This document shows, piece after piece, positions 36,204 through 46,439 of a DNA stretch of 64,000 bases. The notes beneath the pieces were generated by a model that saw nothing but the letters and a program-made list of their open reading frames with translations, made no database searches and was not told the origin of the DNA. The position numbers and the translations under genes were made by a program. Source of the DNA: a virus (taxonomy: Duplodnaviria > Caudoviricetes); IMG/VR virus record IMGVR_UViG_3300022654_000689; one strand, given 5' to 3'. Each line of letters begins with the position of its first letter. The stretch's first letter is position 1.

Positions 36204-36500
36204 ATGAAAATTTTAAATGTAAGGCAGTGCATTACCGAATATGTATATGAATTCTATATTGATATAATTCCTAGCGCACTAGTGTTTAATATGAATACAA
36301 ATCAAGTAGGCAAAGCGCTAGTAAAAAGTGATGAAGATTATATGATTCCTTATTTAAAGTATTCAACATTTGAGTATTATGACAATAATAATAAATTATG
36401 TTTTTGTGTACCATTATCTGATTATTACAAATCTAAAAAAACTGATATTTTGATTGATTCTACACTTGTAAAAAAATTTATTGTAGATCTATTATTATAA
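36204..36500 (+). CDS. Small paralogous-family protein
   Basis: AGGAGG RBS; ends KFIVDLLL. Confidence 0.7.
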   Translation: MKILNVRQCITEYVYEFYIDIIPSALVFNMNTNQVGKALVKSDEDYMIPYLKYSTFEYYDNNNKLCFCVPLSDYYKSKKTDILIDSTLVKKFIVDLLL

Positions 36501-36543
36501 AGAAATGATGGATATAAACTTTATTATAAGAGGAGACAATCAT

Positions 36544-37068
36544 ATGATGAATTATACTATAAAGAATATCGCACTGTTGGGAATAGCAATCGATAATGAA
36601 GATGTGTTTCAAGTAGCTTTAGCAAATGATGGTAAGTATATAAATGACGGTATGAAAAATTATTTCGTTTTGTATGTTCCACGAGAAAATGATAAAAGCT
36701 TATTTAGAGATTATATATGTATACCATTAGATAATATTGAAGATAGTTTAGATCTTATTAATTGGAAAGTAAATCTAATGAACGATAAATGCAAATGGAT
36801 TGAATATTTTATTGTACCAGTAGATGAATATAGTCAAAAGTATAATTATGTAGAAACTGCTTATAAAGCATATGTTATGATAGATAGCAATACGTATACT
36901 GATGCTAAAGAATATAGTAATGGATCATTAGTTAATAAAAGATATGATCTTATAGAAAATGATTATTTAGAGAACAGAAAAGAATATGATAAGATTTTAG
37001 AAAAGTGTATAATTGAAATGAAAATTTCAGGAGAAGATTGGTGGTGTGAATGTGACGGCTCCAATTAA
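36544..37068 (+). CDS. Hypothetical protein; family motif KCIIEMKI near C-terminus
   Basis: AGGAG RBS before ATG 36544. Confidence 0.65.
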   Translation: MMNYTIKNIALLGIAIDNEDVFQVALANDGKYINDGMKNYFVLYVPRENDKSLFRDYICIPLDNIEDSLDLINWKVNLMNDKCKWIEYFIVPVDEYSQKYNYVETAYKAYVMIDSNTYTDAKEYSNGSLVNKRYDLIENDYLENRKEYDKILEKCIIEMKISGEDWWCECDGSN

Positions 37069-37100
37069 AGAGTAATCACATTATTTTTTGGAGGTAAGCT

Positions 37101-37478
37101 ATGCAAAGAATAGGCAGATGGATATTAGAGTATGATAGTGAAAGCTATTTAGTAAAAGACCTTTATTTGTACTGGGTAGTTTCTGACAATGATGCTCATG
37201 ATAATTTTATGAGTTTTTGTATAGGTTATAATACATTTAACAATAACTTGGGATTTTTAATATATGACAGTAATAATAAATGGAATAAAGATATTGAAAT
37301 TATAGAAAGAATAAAAAATGATGATTTTCCTTGGATTGATATATTATTATTAAGTCATATTAATAATGAAGACGACTATGAACCACAATATTATGAGTAT
37401 ATTAAATTTATAGAAGAAGTAGACATTAACGAAGTAAAAAGACTAATAGATAAAGAATTAGTAGATGACTTATTATAG
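37101..37478 (+). CDS. Small paralogous-family protein
   Basis: GGAGG RBS; ends KELVDDLL. Confidence 0.7.
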   Translation: MQRIGRWILEYDSESYLVKDLYLYWVVSDNDAHDNFMSFCIGYNTFNNNLGFLIYDSNNKWNKDIEIIERIKNDDFPWIDILLLSHINNEDDYEPQYYEYIKFIEEVDINEVKRLIDKELVDDLL

Positions 37479-37488
37479 GAGGAAATTT

Positions 37489-37821
37489 ATGGATTTTAAT
37501 ATTGAAGATCCTATTGAATGTAAAACATTCGGAGTTTATGAATTTTGGGCAATATCTGAAGAATCTCGTTCAGGCGAAATGCTTGTTTATGATATAAACA
37601 CAGAAACCATAGGAAAAGCCGTATTTTCTAATTCAGTTATAATAACTGAATATAAATTGAAGACATTATTTACTTATAAAGATGCTGATGATAAAAATTG
37701 TAGTGCATTATCCATACCAGAATATATTAGAGAAATTAATGGTGATGATAATCAACTATCATTTTTATACTTAGTAGATCCAATAAAAGTTAAAAAAATG
37801 TTAGTAGATATAATATTATAG
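37489..37821 (+). CDS. Small paralogous-family protein
   Basis: AGGAGG RBS; ends KMLVDIIL. Confidence 0.7.
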   Translation: MDFNIEDPIECKTFGVYEFWAISEESRSGEMLVYDINTETIGKAVFSNSVIITEYKLKTLFTYKDADDKNCSALSIPEYIREINGDDNQLSFLYLVDPIKVKKMLVDIIL

Positions 37822-37875
37822 GAGGAGTCTAATAAATTATTGATAGATGGTTTAATATAAGAGGAGGATGATATT

Positions 37876-38274
37876 ATGACATTTAATAATACAATATGTA
37901 AAAGTGCTAATAATCATGAATTAAATGAGAATATATATGAAATTAGATTAGAATGGTATAGTAAAGGTATTGATGGTAATAATGAATTAATGTGGTTAAC
38001 TTTGGCCTATGATGAAGATACTAAAGAATGGGGAGTTGCTGCTGATGAGACCGATTGTTCTTTAGAAATGCGAAGATACAAATTATTTGAGTATATAGAT
38101 CCTGACGGCTGTAGTTGTATCGCTGTTGATGTTGTTAAGTATTCTGAAGCTATATTACCTCCCAATTTAGAGTGTTATAGTCGAGATATTAAATTGCTAT
38201 ACAATGAATATACTAAAGACAAAGAAGGATTCTATAAATTTATTACAAAATGTATAGTAGATAATCAATTATAA
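37876..38274 (+). CDS. Small paralogous-family protein
   Basis: GAGGAGG RBS; ends KCIVDNQL. Confidence 0.7.
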   Translation: MTFNNTICKSANNHELNENIYEIRLEWYSKGIDGNNELMWLTLAYDEDTKEWGVAADETDCSLEMRRYKLFEYIDPDGCSCIAVDVVKYSEAILPPNLECYSRDIKLLYNEYTKDKEGFYKFITKCIVDNQL

Positions 38275-38279
38275 GGAGG

Positions 38280-38681
38280 ATGATAAGCATGCAAGAAGTT
38301 ATAAATGAATTAACTATAGAAGATATAAAAGTATTAGGATGTGCTTCTGATTTGCCTGATTTCTATGAATTAATCATAGACTTACATGCTCATGTTGCAA
38401 TAGAACCATATTCTAGAATTGCAATAGGATATGATACTGAAGCTAAAAAATTGCATATTATTGAATTTAGTGATAGTGACGAATATGAGGATATAGACGA
38501 GTTTGTGATTAAGGAATATACTGATTGCGAAGGTTATAAAAGTATCATAGTCGATCCAGCATTTGTTGATATATGCCATAGACACATTATGAAGGATATA
38601 AGAGAATTTATACAACTTACAGAAAATGATGAAAGAATTTTTAAATTATTAGACAGAGCAATTTTAGAATATATATTATAA
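38280..38681 (+). CDS. Small paralogous-family protein
   Basis: AAGGAGG RBS; ends RAILEYIL. Confidence 0.7.
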   Translation: MISMQEVINELTIEDIKVLGCASDLPDFYELIIDLHAHVAIEPYSRIAIGYDTEAKKLHIIEFSDSDEYEDIDEFVIKEYTDCEGYKSIIVDPAFVDICHRHIMKDIREFIQLTENDERIFKLLDRAILEYIL

Positions 38682-38719
38682 AATTGGAATACATTAGATA
38701 ATGGGAGGATAAGAACTGA

Positions 38720-39229
38720 ATGATAAAAATTGCTGGCGTGCAATTAGAAAGTGTAGTAGATGGATATGGTATACGTAATACAATATTTACACAAGGGTGT
38801 AAACATCATTGTAAAGGTTGCCATAATCCAGAGACATGGCCAGTGAACGCAGGGAAGTTGTTTGATTATGATCAACAAATGAAGTTTATAAACAACTCTA
38901 AAGAAAATCCATTAATAGACGGTTTAACTTTATCAGGTGGAGATCCAATAATACAAGCACATGAAGTGTTAAAATTTATTAAATTATACAAAAAAGAAAT
39001 TCCACATCATAATATATGGCTTTATACTGGATACACATATGAAGAGCTAATATCGATGAATGATGAAGATGTAAATGGAATACTTGATATGATAGATGTG
39101 TTAGTTGACGGAAAATTTGTGATTGAATTAAAGACTTTAGATTATGTTTTTAGAGGCAGTAGTAATCAAAGATTGATAGATATGAATAAAACTAAAAATG
39201 ATAATATTGTTTTGCTTAAAGAAAAGTAA
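38720..39229 (+). CDS. nrdG: Anaerobic RNR activase (radical SAM)
   Basis: ESVVDGYGIR, CKHHCKGCHNP, TLSGGDP, FRGSSNQR. Confidence 0.95.
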   Translation: MIKIAGVQLESVVDGYGIRNTIFTQGCKHHCKGCHNPETWPVNAGKLFDYDQQMKFINNSKENPLIDGLTLSGGDPIIQAHEVLKFIKLYKKEIPHHNIWLYTGYTYEELISMNDEDVNGILDMIDVLVDGKFVIELKTLDYVFRGSSNQRLIDMNKTKNDNIVLLKEK

Positions 39230-39263
39230 AAGAATAACCCCATATAGAGGTTATTCTTTTTTT
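39227..39263. terminator. Bidirectional terminator
   Basis: aaaagaataacc...ggttattctttt between convergent genes. Confidence 0.7.
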
Positions 39264-40111
39264 TATTGTATTCCTTTTGATTCACCAGTTTTACCTGCAT
39301 ATGGATGTTCAATAGAAGTTTTTTCACCATTAAGTTTATGATATGTTAAGAAGTCATTTGATGTATCATAACCAGTATCGATATCAATTTTATCAGGTGG
39401 ATCAAATAATCCTTCTGTTCTAAATCCATGTGTGTGTTTTAATAATGCTTGTGCATAAGCATCAACTTTAGCAGATATATGCATGTTACATTTTAATGGT
39501 ATTTCAATTTCAACTACAGATTTATCTCCTTGATCAAAGTTAAAATGAGCTAGAGGTATTCTAGTTGGGAATACATTTGTAAAGTATGCAGCAAATTCTA
39601 TATTATAATAATGAGTTGATGCATTACCGTCCGGTCTAGTTACGATATACATAAACTCACCAGTATGGTTTGCAGCTTTATACTCTTTTTGATATAAAGC
39701 AGGATATGTGGCTATACCAGTTTCAGGGTCTCTTATTCCAGAAGCCCAAGCTTGATAAGCATTTTTTATTGGAGAGCCACTGAATTCTTGATGTTTTATT
39801 GTAATTTCAGTATTGGCCTTAGTAACTCCAGCTGCAACATTATATTCGTTATTAGCAAATCCGTATTGATAAGCTTGGGTATCTATTTCTATATCAGAAA
39901 TACCTTGTAAAGATTTAAAGTTTCTTTGAGTTAGTTCTTTGAAACTAGTAAAACCTGCGTCATCTAGCCAATCTGGTAGTCTAGTCCAGACAATAAACGC
40001 ATAACCTGTAACTAACGGGTCAAAGTTTTGTAATTCATTATGAGTAAGTTCTAAACCACCATGGAAAAAATTCCTAGCATCTACCTCATAATTATGTCCA
40101 GGTAAAATCAT
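39263..40111 (-). CDS. Tail tube protein (probable)
   Basis: Directly downstream of sheath; WASGIRDPETG, YFTNVFPT motifs. Confidence 0.7.
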   Translation of the reverse strand: MILPGHNYEVDARNFFHGGLELTHNELQNFDPLVTGYAFIVWTRLPDWLDDAGFTSFKELTQRNFKSLQGISDIEIDTQAYQYGFANNEYNVAAGVTKANTEITIKHQEFSGSPIKNAYQAWASGIRDPETGIATYPALYQKEYKAANHTGEFMYIVTRPDGNASTHYYNIEFAAYFTNVFPTRIPLAHFNFDQGDKSVVEIEIPLKCNMHISAKVDAYAQALLKHTHGFRTEGLFDPPDKIDIDTGYDTSNDFLTYHKLNGEKTSIEHPYAGKTGESKGIQ

Positions 40112-40133
40112 CCATTATCATTCCTTTCTTCTA

Positions 40134-43100
40134 TTATTTAACAACATTTATGTTTATAATTACACGTTCTATAATTCCATAGAATGATACCGAAATTGCA
40201 ACTCTTAATATTTTTTGAAGTTTATCGTAATCTGAACTATAAGCTCTTGCTGAAATTTCTTCACAAGATTTATTATTTTTATATTTAGCTAAGAAACTAT
40301 TAAGTGATTGTTGGAATTTATTTATAGTTTCAGATTCGTTGAATTCGAATATTACGTCTTCTGCCATAACTTCAACATTACGTTTTATATCAAGAGCAAC
40401 CAGCATATTATTTATATTAACAAGCGCATCATTTTTAGTAGTAGTAGTTAATTGAGTTCCGAACTTATTAAATCTACCATTAGTTTCAACGTAGTTAACT
40501 TGTCTATTATACATTTCTTCTTTTTGTAATTCGTTAGGTATATAACTTATTTGAGGTAATGATACTCCCCCTCTAGCGTTACCTGCCATTGGATATTGTA
40601 ATCCTGTAGTTATAGCATGAGCTGGTATCATCTTAGCAAGTTGATAAGACATTGTTACTCTTACATCTTTTCCTTGGAACTCATCAAATATGATACCATC
40701 TTGTGCGTAGATAGCTGCCATATTAGTAGTTATAGGGAATTTATTAGCTCTCCATGCAAGTGCTTGAGATGGATTAGCACATATTTCAGTATCTAACCAT
40801 GCAAATAAGTCTTTTCTTATATTAGATGCTAAATCAACAATTGCATGTTTAACTGAAACATTATAATTTGCATCAAGAAGATATTTAAATGGCATTAATC
40901 TTCTATTAAGTATATTTTCGTCTATTAATCCTTTATATCCTTTTACTAATAAACTATCTATATTAGCTTGACGAACAGTAGCCGATAATAAAGAGTTATT
41001 ATAAGATATACAACCATCGCTACCTTTATTTAATCTGCTTATTGTTCCTTGACCTTCAAGTGTATTAGTTAATACATATGTTTTTAAATTTTCTAATGCT
41101 GCAGTAGCTTCAGCTATTGCATCATTTGCGTTTTCTAATACTAGTTTCATAGTTCCAGTAGTCGCAGATTCTGGCATATGATAGTTATCTAAATAAGCTT
41201 TTCTACATTTATAAACACCTTTTACGATAGTAGTTCTACATCCAGCTCCGAATGCTGATAATAACGCAAATTTACTTACTATTGAGTAGTGTTTACTAAA
41301 TGCGTAAAGTGCTGATAATGGTGCTATTAAATTCATAGATTTATTCATCAATTCAAATAATTGTGGTATTAAACCTACAAATGAATCTCCAGTATCTTCA
41401 TCTTCAAATCCATTTAATTGATCTATTATGTATTGATCTGTTAGGTAAGTCATACCTAAACTATTTATTTCTTTTCCTAATCTGTCAAGTTCTTTATATA
41501 TTTCGTCATGAGCTTCATCAAATGGATATACACTGTCGCATTCAACTTCGTGTGTCATTAATTTAACAAAATCTCCAACTTCAAAGCCTTTGTCAAATAT
41601 CATTGGATCATTTATACATATTAAGTTATCTGCTATTAAGCTGCCATCTTCGTATCTATCGTTTTCAACTACAATTAGTATATCTGGATCAACTTTATTA
41701 CTCATAACTTCAACATATTTTCCAGGAACTACATAGTCTCCAACTACAGCTCCTAAGCCTTCAATTCTAGGATCATCTACTAATATAAATCTATCTCCTA
41801 ATTGAACAAGAACTTTTCCATCTGCGTCTAATAATTTATTTCCGTTCTTATCTATAAAATAATAAACTAATTGTTCATCTGTAGAATTTTCTAAATCTAT
41901 CACTTTATCTACTACTAGAATTGCATTTGGCATATTTCTTCCAGCAGCACCCACGTTAGTAAATAATTCCTTACCTTTAACTGCATTTGTTACATAGTGA
42001 TTGAACTCTGGGTCTAAGCCCCTAACACCTATAGTTAAATTAGGTACTAAATCAACACTGAAAGTACTAAATATACTAGAAACTGCAGCAAGTTTTTCAT
42101 TTGCGTCAGTTATAGTTTCAGCATATATTAATTCTTCTTGTAATGCAAGCATTGCAGTTTGTATTGATACTAAAGTATATACAAATGATTCAGTAGAGTT
42201 CATTATAGATCTCCAGTTATTTACGAAAGTTTTTAAGCTAGCTCCAACTGTTGTATATCCAGCATTTCTTTCCATTATGCTTATATATGGAATTATATCT
42301 TCCATAACATCTATTAAATCATCTATACATAAACTAAGAGTTAAATCTCTTTCATATAATGCTTCTGTTCCATGTTCTAAGAAATAACCTTTTTCATCTC
42401 GTTCATATACAGATCTTGAATAATAAGAAACTTCCCCTTCAACTAATTGAGATGGTAATATTCCATTAAGGAATAATGTTCTTATCGTGTTATGCATAGC
42501 TGCATCTAGGTTATCTTCTCTAGCTTTATAAGTTCCGCCTATTATATCGTATAATACTGCATTATCTCCTTCACCCAATACAATACCAACTTGTATTAAT
42601 CTATCTAATTGTGATGCATATCTTTTTTGTAAGATTTCACCTAAAACAACTTTCATTTTTTCAAGCATTATTTCTGACGTATTATAAAGCGATTGTCTTA
42701 GCATATTGTCTATTGAAATTGTAGTTAGTACTCTTTCATCATCTGCCGCTGGTATATTAAGTGCGGCATACCCATTATTTACTATAACTTCACCGTTAAT
42801 ATCGTATTTCATAATAGACATATGTACATCTTCATATCTTAATGTATCATCATCATAATAAGTTTCAGGCTGACCTGCTACCATTCTAGATTGACCGCTA
42901 ACAATATCTATAACTTGTGGGTGAACATTAGGATTTATTAATGTAGCTAATTTATAGAATACATCTTCATTATATATACATCTAACAACTTGACTGTAAG
43001 TTTCAAGAACATCTTTTATGAACATTGAATCCCCAGTATAAGACATTGCATCTGGATATAAAGATACATAATATGGACCTTCTATAGTAGATGCATTTTC

Positions 43101-43742
43101 ATATTCGTCATATTGTATAACTTCGAATGTATATACCCTGAAGTCATACATATCATCAAAACTATTATTTAAATTTATACGGAAACCTAAATTGTTATAA
43201 GCTTCACCTCTACCAATAGGATATATACAGAATAATAAATTATCATTATATCCGTCTATTGTAGTGTCAGTACGTCTTATATTTATTTGGTTGTCTAAAG
43301 ATTCTTTAGATACTGCAGTTAGTTCAGTACAAGCAGTACATGTTCTTAAATGAACATCGTCTTTATATATAATTTCATCGTCTATTGTTTTAACCGGTTT
43401 CTCACCAATATTTACTTTAGTTTGTATATTGAAGAAACCATGAGCATAAGTAGCATCATCTGGAAGGACTCTAAGAACGTATACGTTAGCTCCTGCTCCT
43501 AAAAGATTTATTATATTGTGTCCAGCTTGGCCAAATTTTCGCATGTTAGGCTCACCATACTCTTTTATAAATTGAGCCCCGCTTGACATAATTTGAACTT
43601 TGTTATCTAGGCCTTTTTCTGATACAATAGCATAGAAAAAGCTTACGTCTGAAGCATCCCCATTAGTAAATAATATATTAGAAGTTATTGTGGAAGCGAC
43701 GTGGGGATGTAGCCATTCTAAACCAGTTTCACTTATTGACAT
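40134..43742 (-). CDS. Contractile tail sheath protein with large central insertion
   Basis: FIKEYGEP, YVLRVLP, GRGEAYN; C-terminal AGNARG...QVNYV...INNMLV..DIKR...FEFNE. Confidence 0.82.
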   Translation of the reverse strand: MSISETGLEWLHPHVASTITSNILFTNGDASDVSFFYAIVSEKGLDNKVQIMSSGAQFIKEYGEPNMRKFGQAGHNIINLLGAGANVYVLRVLPDDATYAHGFFNIQTKVNIGEKPVKTIDDEIIYKDDVHLRTCTACTELTAVSKESLDNQINIRRTDTTIDGYNDNLLFCIYPIGRGEAYNNLGFRINLNNSFDDMYDFRVYTFEVIQYDEYENASTIEGPYYVSLYPDAMSYTGDSMFIKDVLETYSQVVRCIYNEDVFYKLATLINPNVHPQVIDIVSGQSRMVAGQPETYYDDDTLRYEDVHMSIMKYDINGEVIVNNGYAALNIPAADDERVLTTISIDNMLRQSLYNTSEIMLEKMKVVLGEILQKRYASQLDRLIQVGIVLGEGDNAVLYDIIGGTYKAREDNLDAAMHNTIRTLFLNGILPSQLVEGEVSYYSRSVYERDEKGYFLEHGTEALYERDLTLSLCIDDLIDVMEDIIPYISIMERNAGYTTVGASLKTFVNNWRSIMNSTESFVYTLVSIQTAMLALQEELIYAETITDANEKLAAVSSIFSTFSVDLVPNLTIGVRGLDPEFNHYVTNAVKGKELFTNVGAAGRNMPNAILVVDKVIDLENSTDEQLVYYFIDKNGNKLLDADGKVLVQLGDRFILVDDPRIEGLGAVVGDYVVPGKYVEVMSNKVDPDILIVVENDRYEDGSLIADNLICINDPMIFDKGFEVGDFVKLMTHEVECDSVYPFDEAHDEIYKELDRLGKEINSLGMTYLTDQYIIDQLNGFEDEDTGDSFVGLIPQLFELMNKSMNLIAPLSALYAFSKHYSIVSKFALLSAFGAGCRTTIVKGVYKCRKAYLDNYHMPESATTGTMKLVLENANDAIAEATAALENLKTYVLTNTLEGQGTISRLNKGSDGCISYNNSLLSATVRQANIDSLLVKGYKGLIDENILNRRLMPFKYLLDANYNVSVKHAIVDLASNIRKDLFAWLDTEICANPSQALAWRANKFPITTNMAAIYAQDGIIFDEFQGKDVRVTMSYQLAKMIPAHAITTGLQYPMAGNARGGVSLPQISYIPNELQKEEMYNRQVNYVETNGRFNKFGTQLTTTTKNDALVNINNMLVALDIKRNVEVMAEDVIFEFNESETINKFQQSLNSFLAKYKNNKSCEEISARAYSSDYDKLQKILRVAISVSFYGIIERVIININVVK

Positions 43743-43787
43743 GTTTGTTAACACTCCTTTACTTCGAGATTTTGTTAAGTCATTTCG

Positions 43788-44534
43788 CTAATATTTTGTT
43801 ATCTTCTCAATAGGTGAGACTATTTCTTTTTCTCCATTTATATTTTTACGTATAGATGAAAGTATAGAATCATCCATATTTTCAAAAGATAATGCCGCGA
43901 ATGTACTATTTATTGGTGGTAAATTTTTAACATTTGTCATTTTGTAATCTATATCTTTAGTTCCTTTGAAATTTTCACCTATTATTTTTCTAAAAGGAAC
44001 GGATACATCATCTTTACTTCTGCATAATTCAGCAACTGTCATTTCAAGAATGCACCCAGGATTACCTATGTTTACCTTATTTAATATAAGATTGTCAAAA
44101 TATAATTTGATTATATCAGAATATGGTATTGTTGAAGGTAACTTATTACTGTGTAATGCAAATATGAAGTTTTTAGAATTAGCACCGCTTTGTTCTTTTT
44201 TGACGCTATCTAAAAACATCATACCATTTTGTAATATAAACACATAGTTGGGTTCAATTTCTTCATTAACTGTAACATTTTCGTTTCTATAATCGTCAAA
44301 CTCAAATATTACATTCATTGGCAGTTTAAATGTGTGTTTTTCAATTTTTCCTTTTTCATCTAACACTTTAAACTCAAATATTCCTAATGTGCTTATTTTA
44401 TTACCTATAAATTTAGCAACATTTTTATCAAAGTAATATTTAGGTATGTAGATTTCCATTAAATAACCGTCAAAATAAATAGCATCATCTACTTTTTTTA
44501 ACCATGAATATTTCAAATCACTAAACACCTCCAA
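43788..44534 (-). CDS. RNA polymerase beta'-like C-terminal subunit (probable)
   Basis: ILEMTVAELCR and STFAALSFENM resemble bacterial beta' HIEVIVRQM and SFISAASFQET. Confidence 0.65.
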   Translation of the reverse strand: MEVFSDLKYSWLKKVDDAIYFDGYLMEIYIPKYYFDKNVAKFIGNKISTLGIFEFKVLDEKGKIEKHTFKLPMNVIFEFDDYRNENVTVNEEIEPNYVFILQNGMMFLDSVKKEQSGANSKNFIFALHSNKLPSTIPYSDIIKLYFDNLILNKVNIGNPGCILEMTVAELCRSKDDVSVPFRKIIGENFKGTKDIDYKMTNVKNLPPINSTFAALSFENMDDSILSSIRKNINGEKEIVSPIEKITKY

Positions 44535-44608
44535 TATATAATCTTATGTTTCTTGATATGGTATTGTTTTATATAAACAAATTAAATTAATCAAGGATAG
44601 ATTTAAAT

Positions 44609-45406
44609 CTATCCTTGATTAAAATATTTAATTATTTTATAAAGATTTTCTATTATATAACATCTGAAATCGTTATGCTCTTTAACTAAACCTAAAATAT
44701 TAATTAAAGTAAAATAAACAGAAACTCCTATGGTCTCCATTTTATTGTCTACTATGTATTTATAAAAATTTGTTAAAAATAATTTATTCTCTTTTTCATT
44801 ATTTATATTTACATTATTTAAAATTATTAATAAATCGTTGATAGGGGGAAATGAATATTTAGTATTATCTTTTAATTTTTTATTAGCTTCAGTTTTATAT
44901 TTTTTATATAATTTACTATCATATTTACGAATTTTTCCGTTCATACTACGTAAATATGTAAATGTTATAGCCGACTCCATTGCTTCTATTTTTCGTTCCA
45001 TTTGTTTAACTTCTTTAAAGCTATAATTACCTGAGTCTATCATTTCTTTTAATTTTTTTATATACACTGGCATGTTATTAGTCTCTGCAGTATTATTCAT
45101 AGTTTGTATATCTTTTTTTAAATTTTGAAGCTTCTTAACAAAAATTTCATTAGCTACTTTATTTCCTTGGCTGTCTGCCAGAGGCACCAACTCTTTATAA
45201 GTATCCCTAATACTTTTTTCGTCATCTATTAATTCTAGTATACCGTATTGTCTTATTTCGCCAGTTTCAGTATTATATAATATATCACCAATTTTACAAT
45301 TTTTATATTCTTCAACTTCTAAAAATTCAGTAACTTCATAAATTGTAGGTACTAACTCATGTAATGTTTCCTCATGTATACTCTCGATCATAATAAATAC
45401 CTCCAT
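44609..45406 (-). CDS. Hypothetical protein
   Basis: About 260 aa, GGAGG RBS. Confidence 0.65.
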   Translation of the reverse strand: MEVFIMIESIHEETLHELVPTIYEVTEFLEVEEYKNCKIGDILYNTETGEIRQYGILELIDDEKSIRDTYKELVPLADSQGNKVANEIFVKKLQNLKKDIQTMNNTAETNNMPVYIKKLKEMIDSGNYSFKEVKQMERKIEAMESAITFTYLRSMNGKIRKYDSKLYKKYKTEANKKLKDNTKYSFPPINDLLIILNNVNINNEKENKLFLTNFYKYIVDNKMETIGVSVYFTLINILGLVKEHNDFRCYIIENLYKIIKYFNQG

Positions 45407-45440
45407 GATTTGTATATTGAATCAATTTTATATAGAATTT

Positions 45441-45587
45441 TTATTCATTATAAATTTCTATCTTTTCCCATTTACCACTTTCATTCATTATAAATGTTCC
45501 TTTATTTTTAACCTGTACCAACACTCCATCAACAGGTACAATCTCATTTAACTGATCCATATTTTCTACTAAAATTACTCTCATCAT
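45441..45587 (-). CDS. Small hypothetical protein (48 aa, below ORF-track cutoff)
   Basis: AGGAGG RBS, MMRVILVENM...WEKIEIYNE. Confidence 0.55.
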   Translation of the reverse strand: MMRVILVENMDQLNEIVPVDGVLVQVKNKGTFIMNESGKWEKIEIYNE

Positions 45588-45597
45588 ACTTAACCTC

Positions 45598-46374
45598 CTA
45601 TTTTTTATATAGTTCTATTAATTTATTAGTTATATCTTGTCTTAATGCATAGTTATTATCTAATATTTCTTTAAGGAACTTAGGTTCGCCCGGTGTTATC
45701 CCTAAATCTACATATGTATCTAATTCATCGAATATATTAAGTACCATCATGTTTGTAAATTCTTCTGGATCTCTCATCGTACTAGTCTTTACAAAATCAT
45801 ACATGTTATCTATATTTATCTTATTTATTATATCACTTATATGATATAATATTGTAGCTGTACTTTCATTATATTTACTTACTAATGATTTGTATATATT
45901 ATTCTTATTATTTATTTTATCTGAATATTCATACAAAATATTTTCAATTGAACCTAGTATCGTATTTACTGCATAATTTACTATATTATCGTATATGTCA
46001 ATTACCAAAAAATTATATAATTCAGTCACAACATGATGTTGTTCGTCTATCATTAAATTATCTCTAAAGTCTATTGTAAATTGATATTTTAATTGTAATT
46101 CGTCCAGTATTGTACTATAAAAATTATTTTTTATAGTATTTATCATTCTTTGCAATTTTTTATCATTATAATATAATTCATTTATACTATTTAACCTCAT
46201 TTGAAAACTTTCTACAAAATTATTATTATTTTTCTCAATATTTTTATTTAAATTTCTTATTTGTTCAACAACATTGTCTTGTAATATATCATCTGATATA
46301 CTTTCTGTTACGTCCACTCTTATTCTATCACTCATTACATCATTATTTCTTATCGTATTAAATATGTTGCCCAA
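45598..46374 (-). CDS. Hypothetical protein, late
   Basis: AAGGGGG RBS, TTG start, late promoter 46404..46415. Confidence 0.65.
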   Translation of the reverse strand: MGNIFNTIRNNDVMSDRIRVDVTESISDDILQDNVVEQIRNLNKNIEKNNNNFVESFQMRLNSINELYYNDKKLQRMINTIKNNFYSTILDELQLKYQFTIDFRDNLMIDEQHHVVTELYNFLVIDIYDNIVNYAVNTILGSIENILYEYSDKINNKNNIYKSLVSKYNESTATILYHISDIINKINIDNMYDFVKTSTMRDPEEFTNMMVLNIFDELDTYVDLGITPGEPKFLKEILDNNYALRQDITNKLIELYKK

Positions 46375-46439
46375 AACGCGATACCCCCTTAATCATTTTT
46401 AAATATTTTTATGTTAATTTAAGTTTTTAAATTTTAAAT

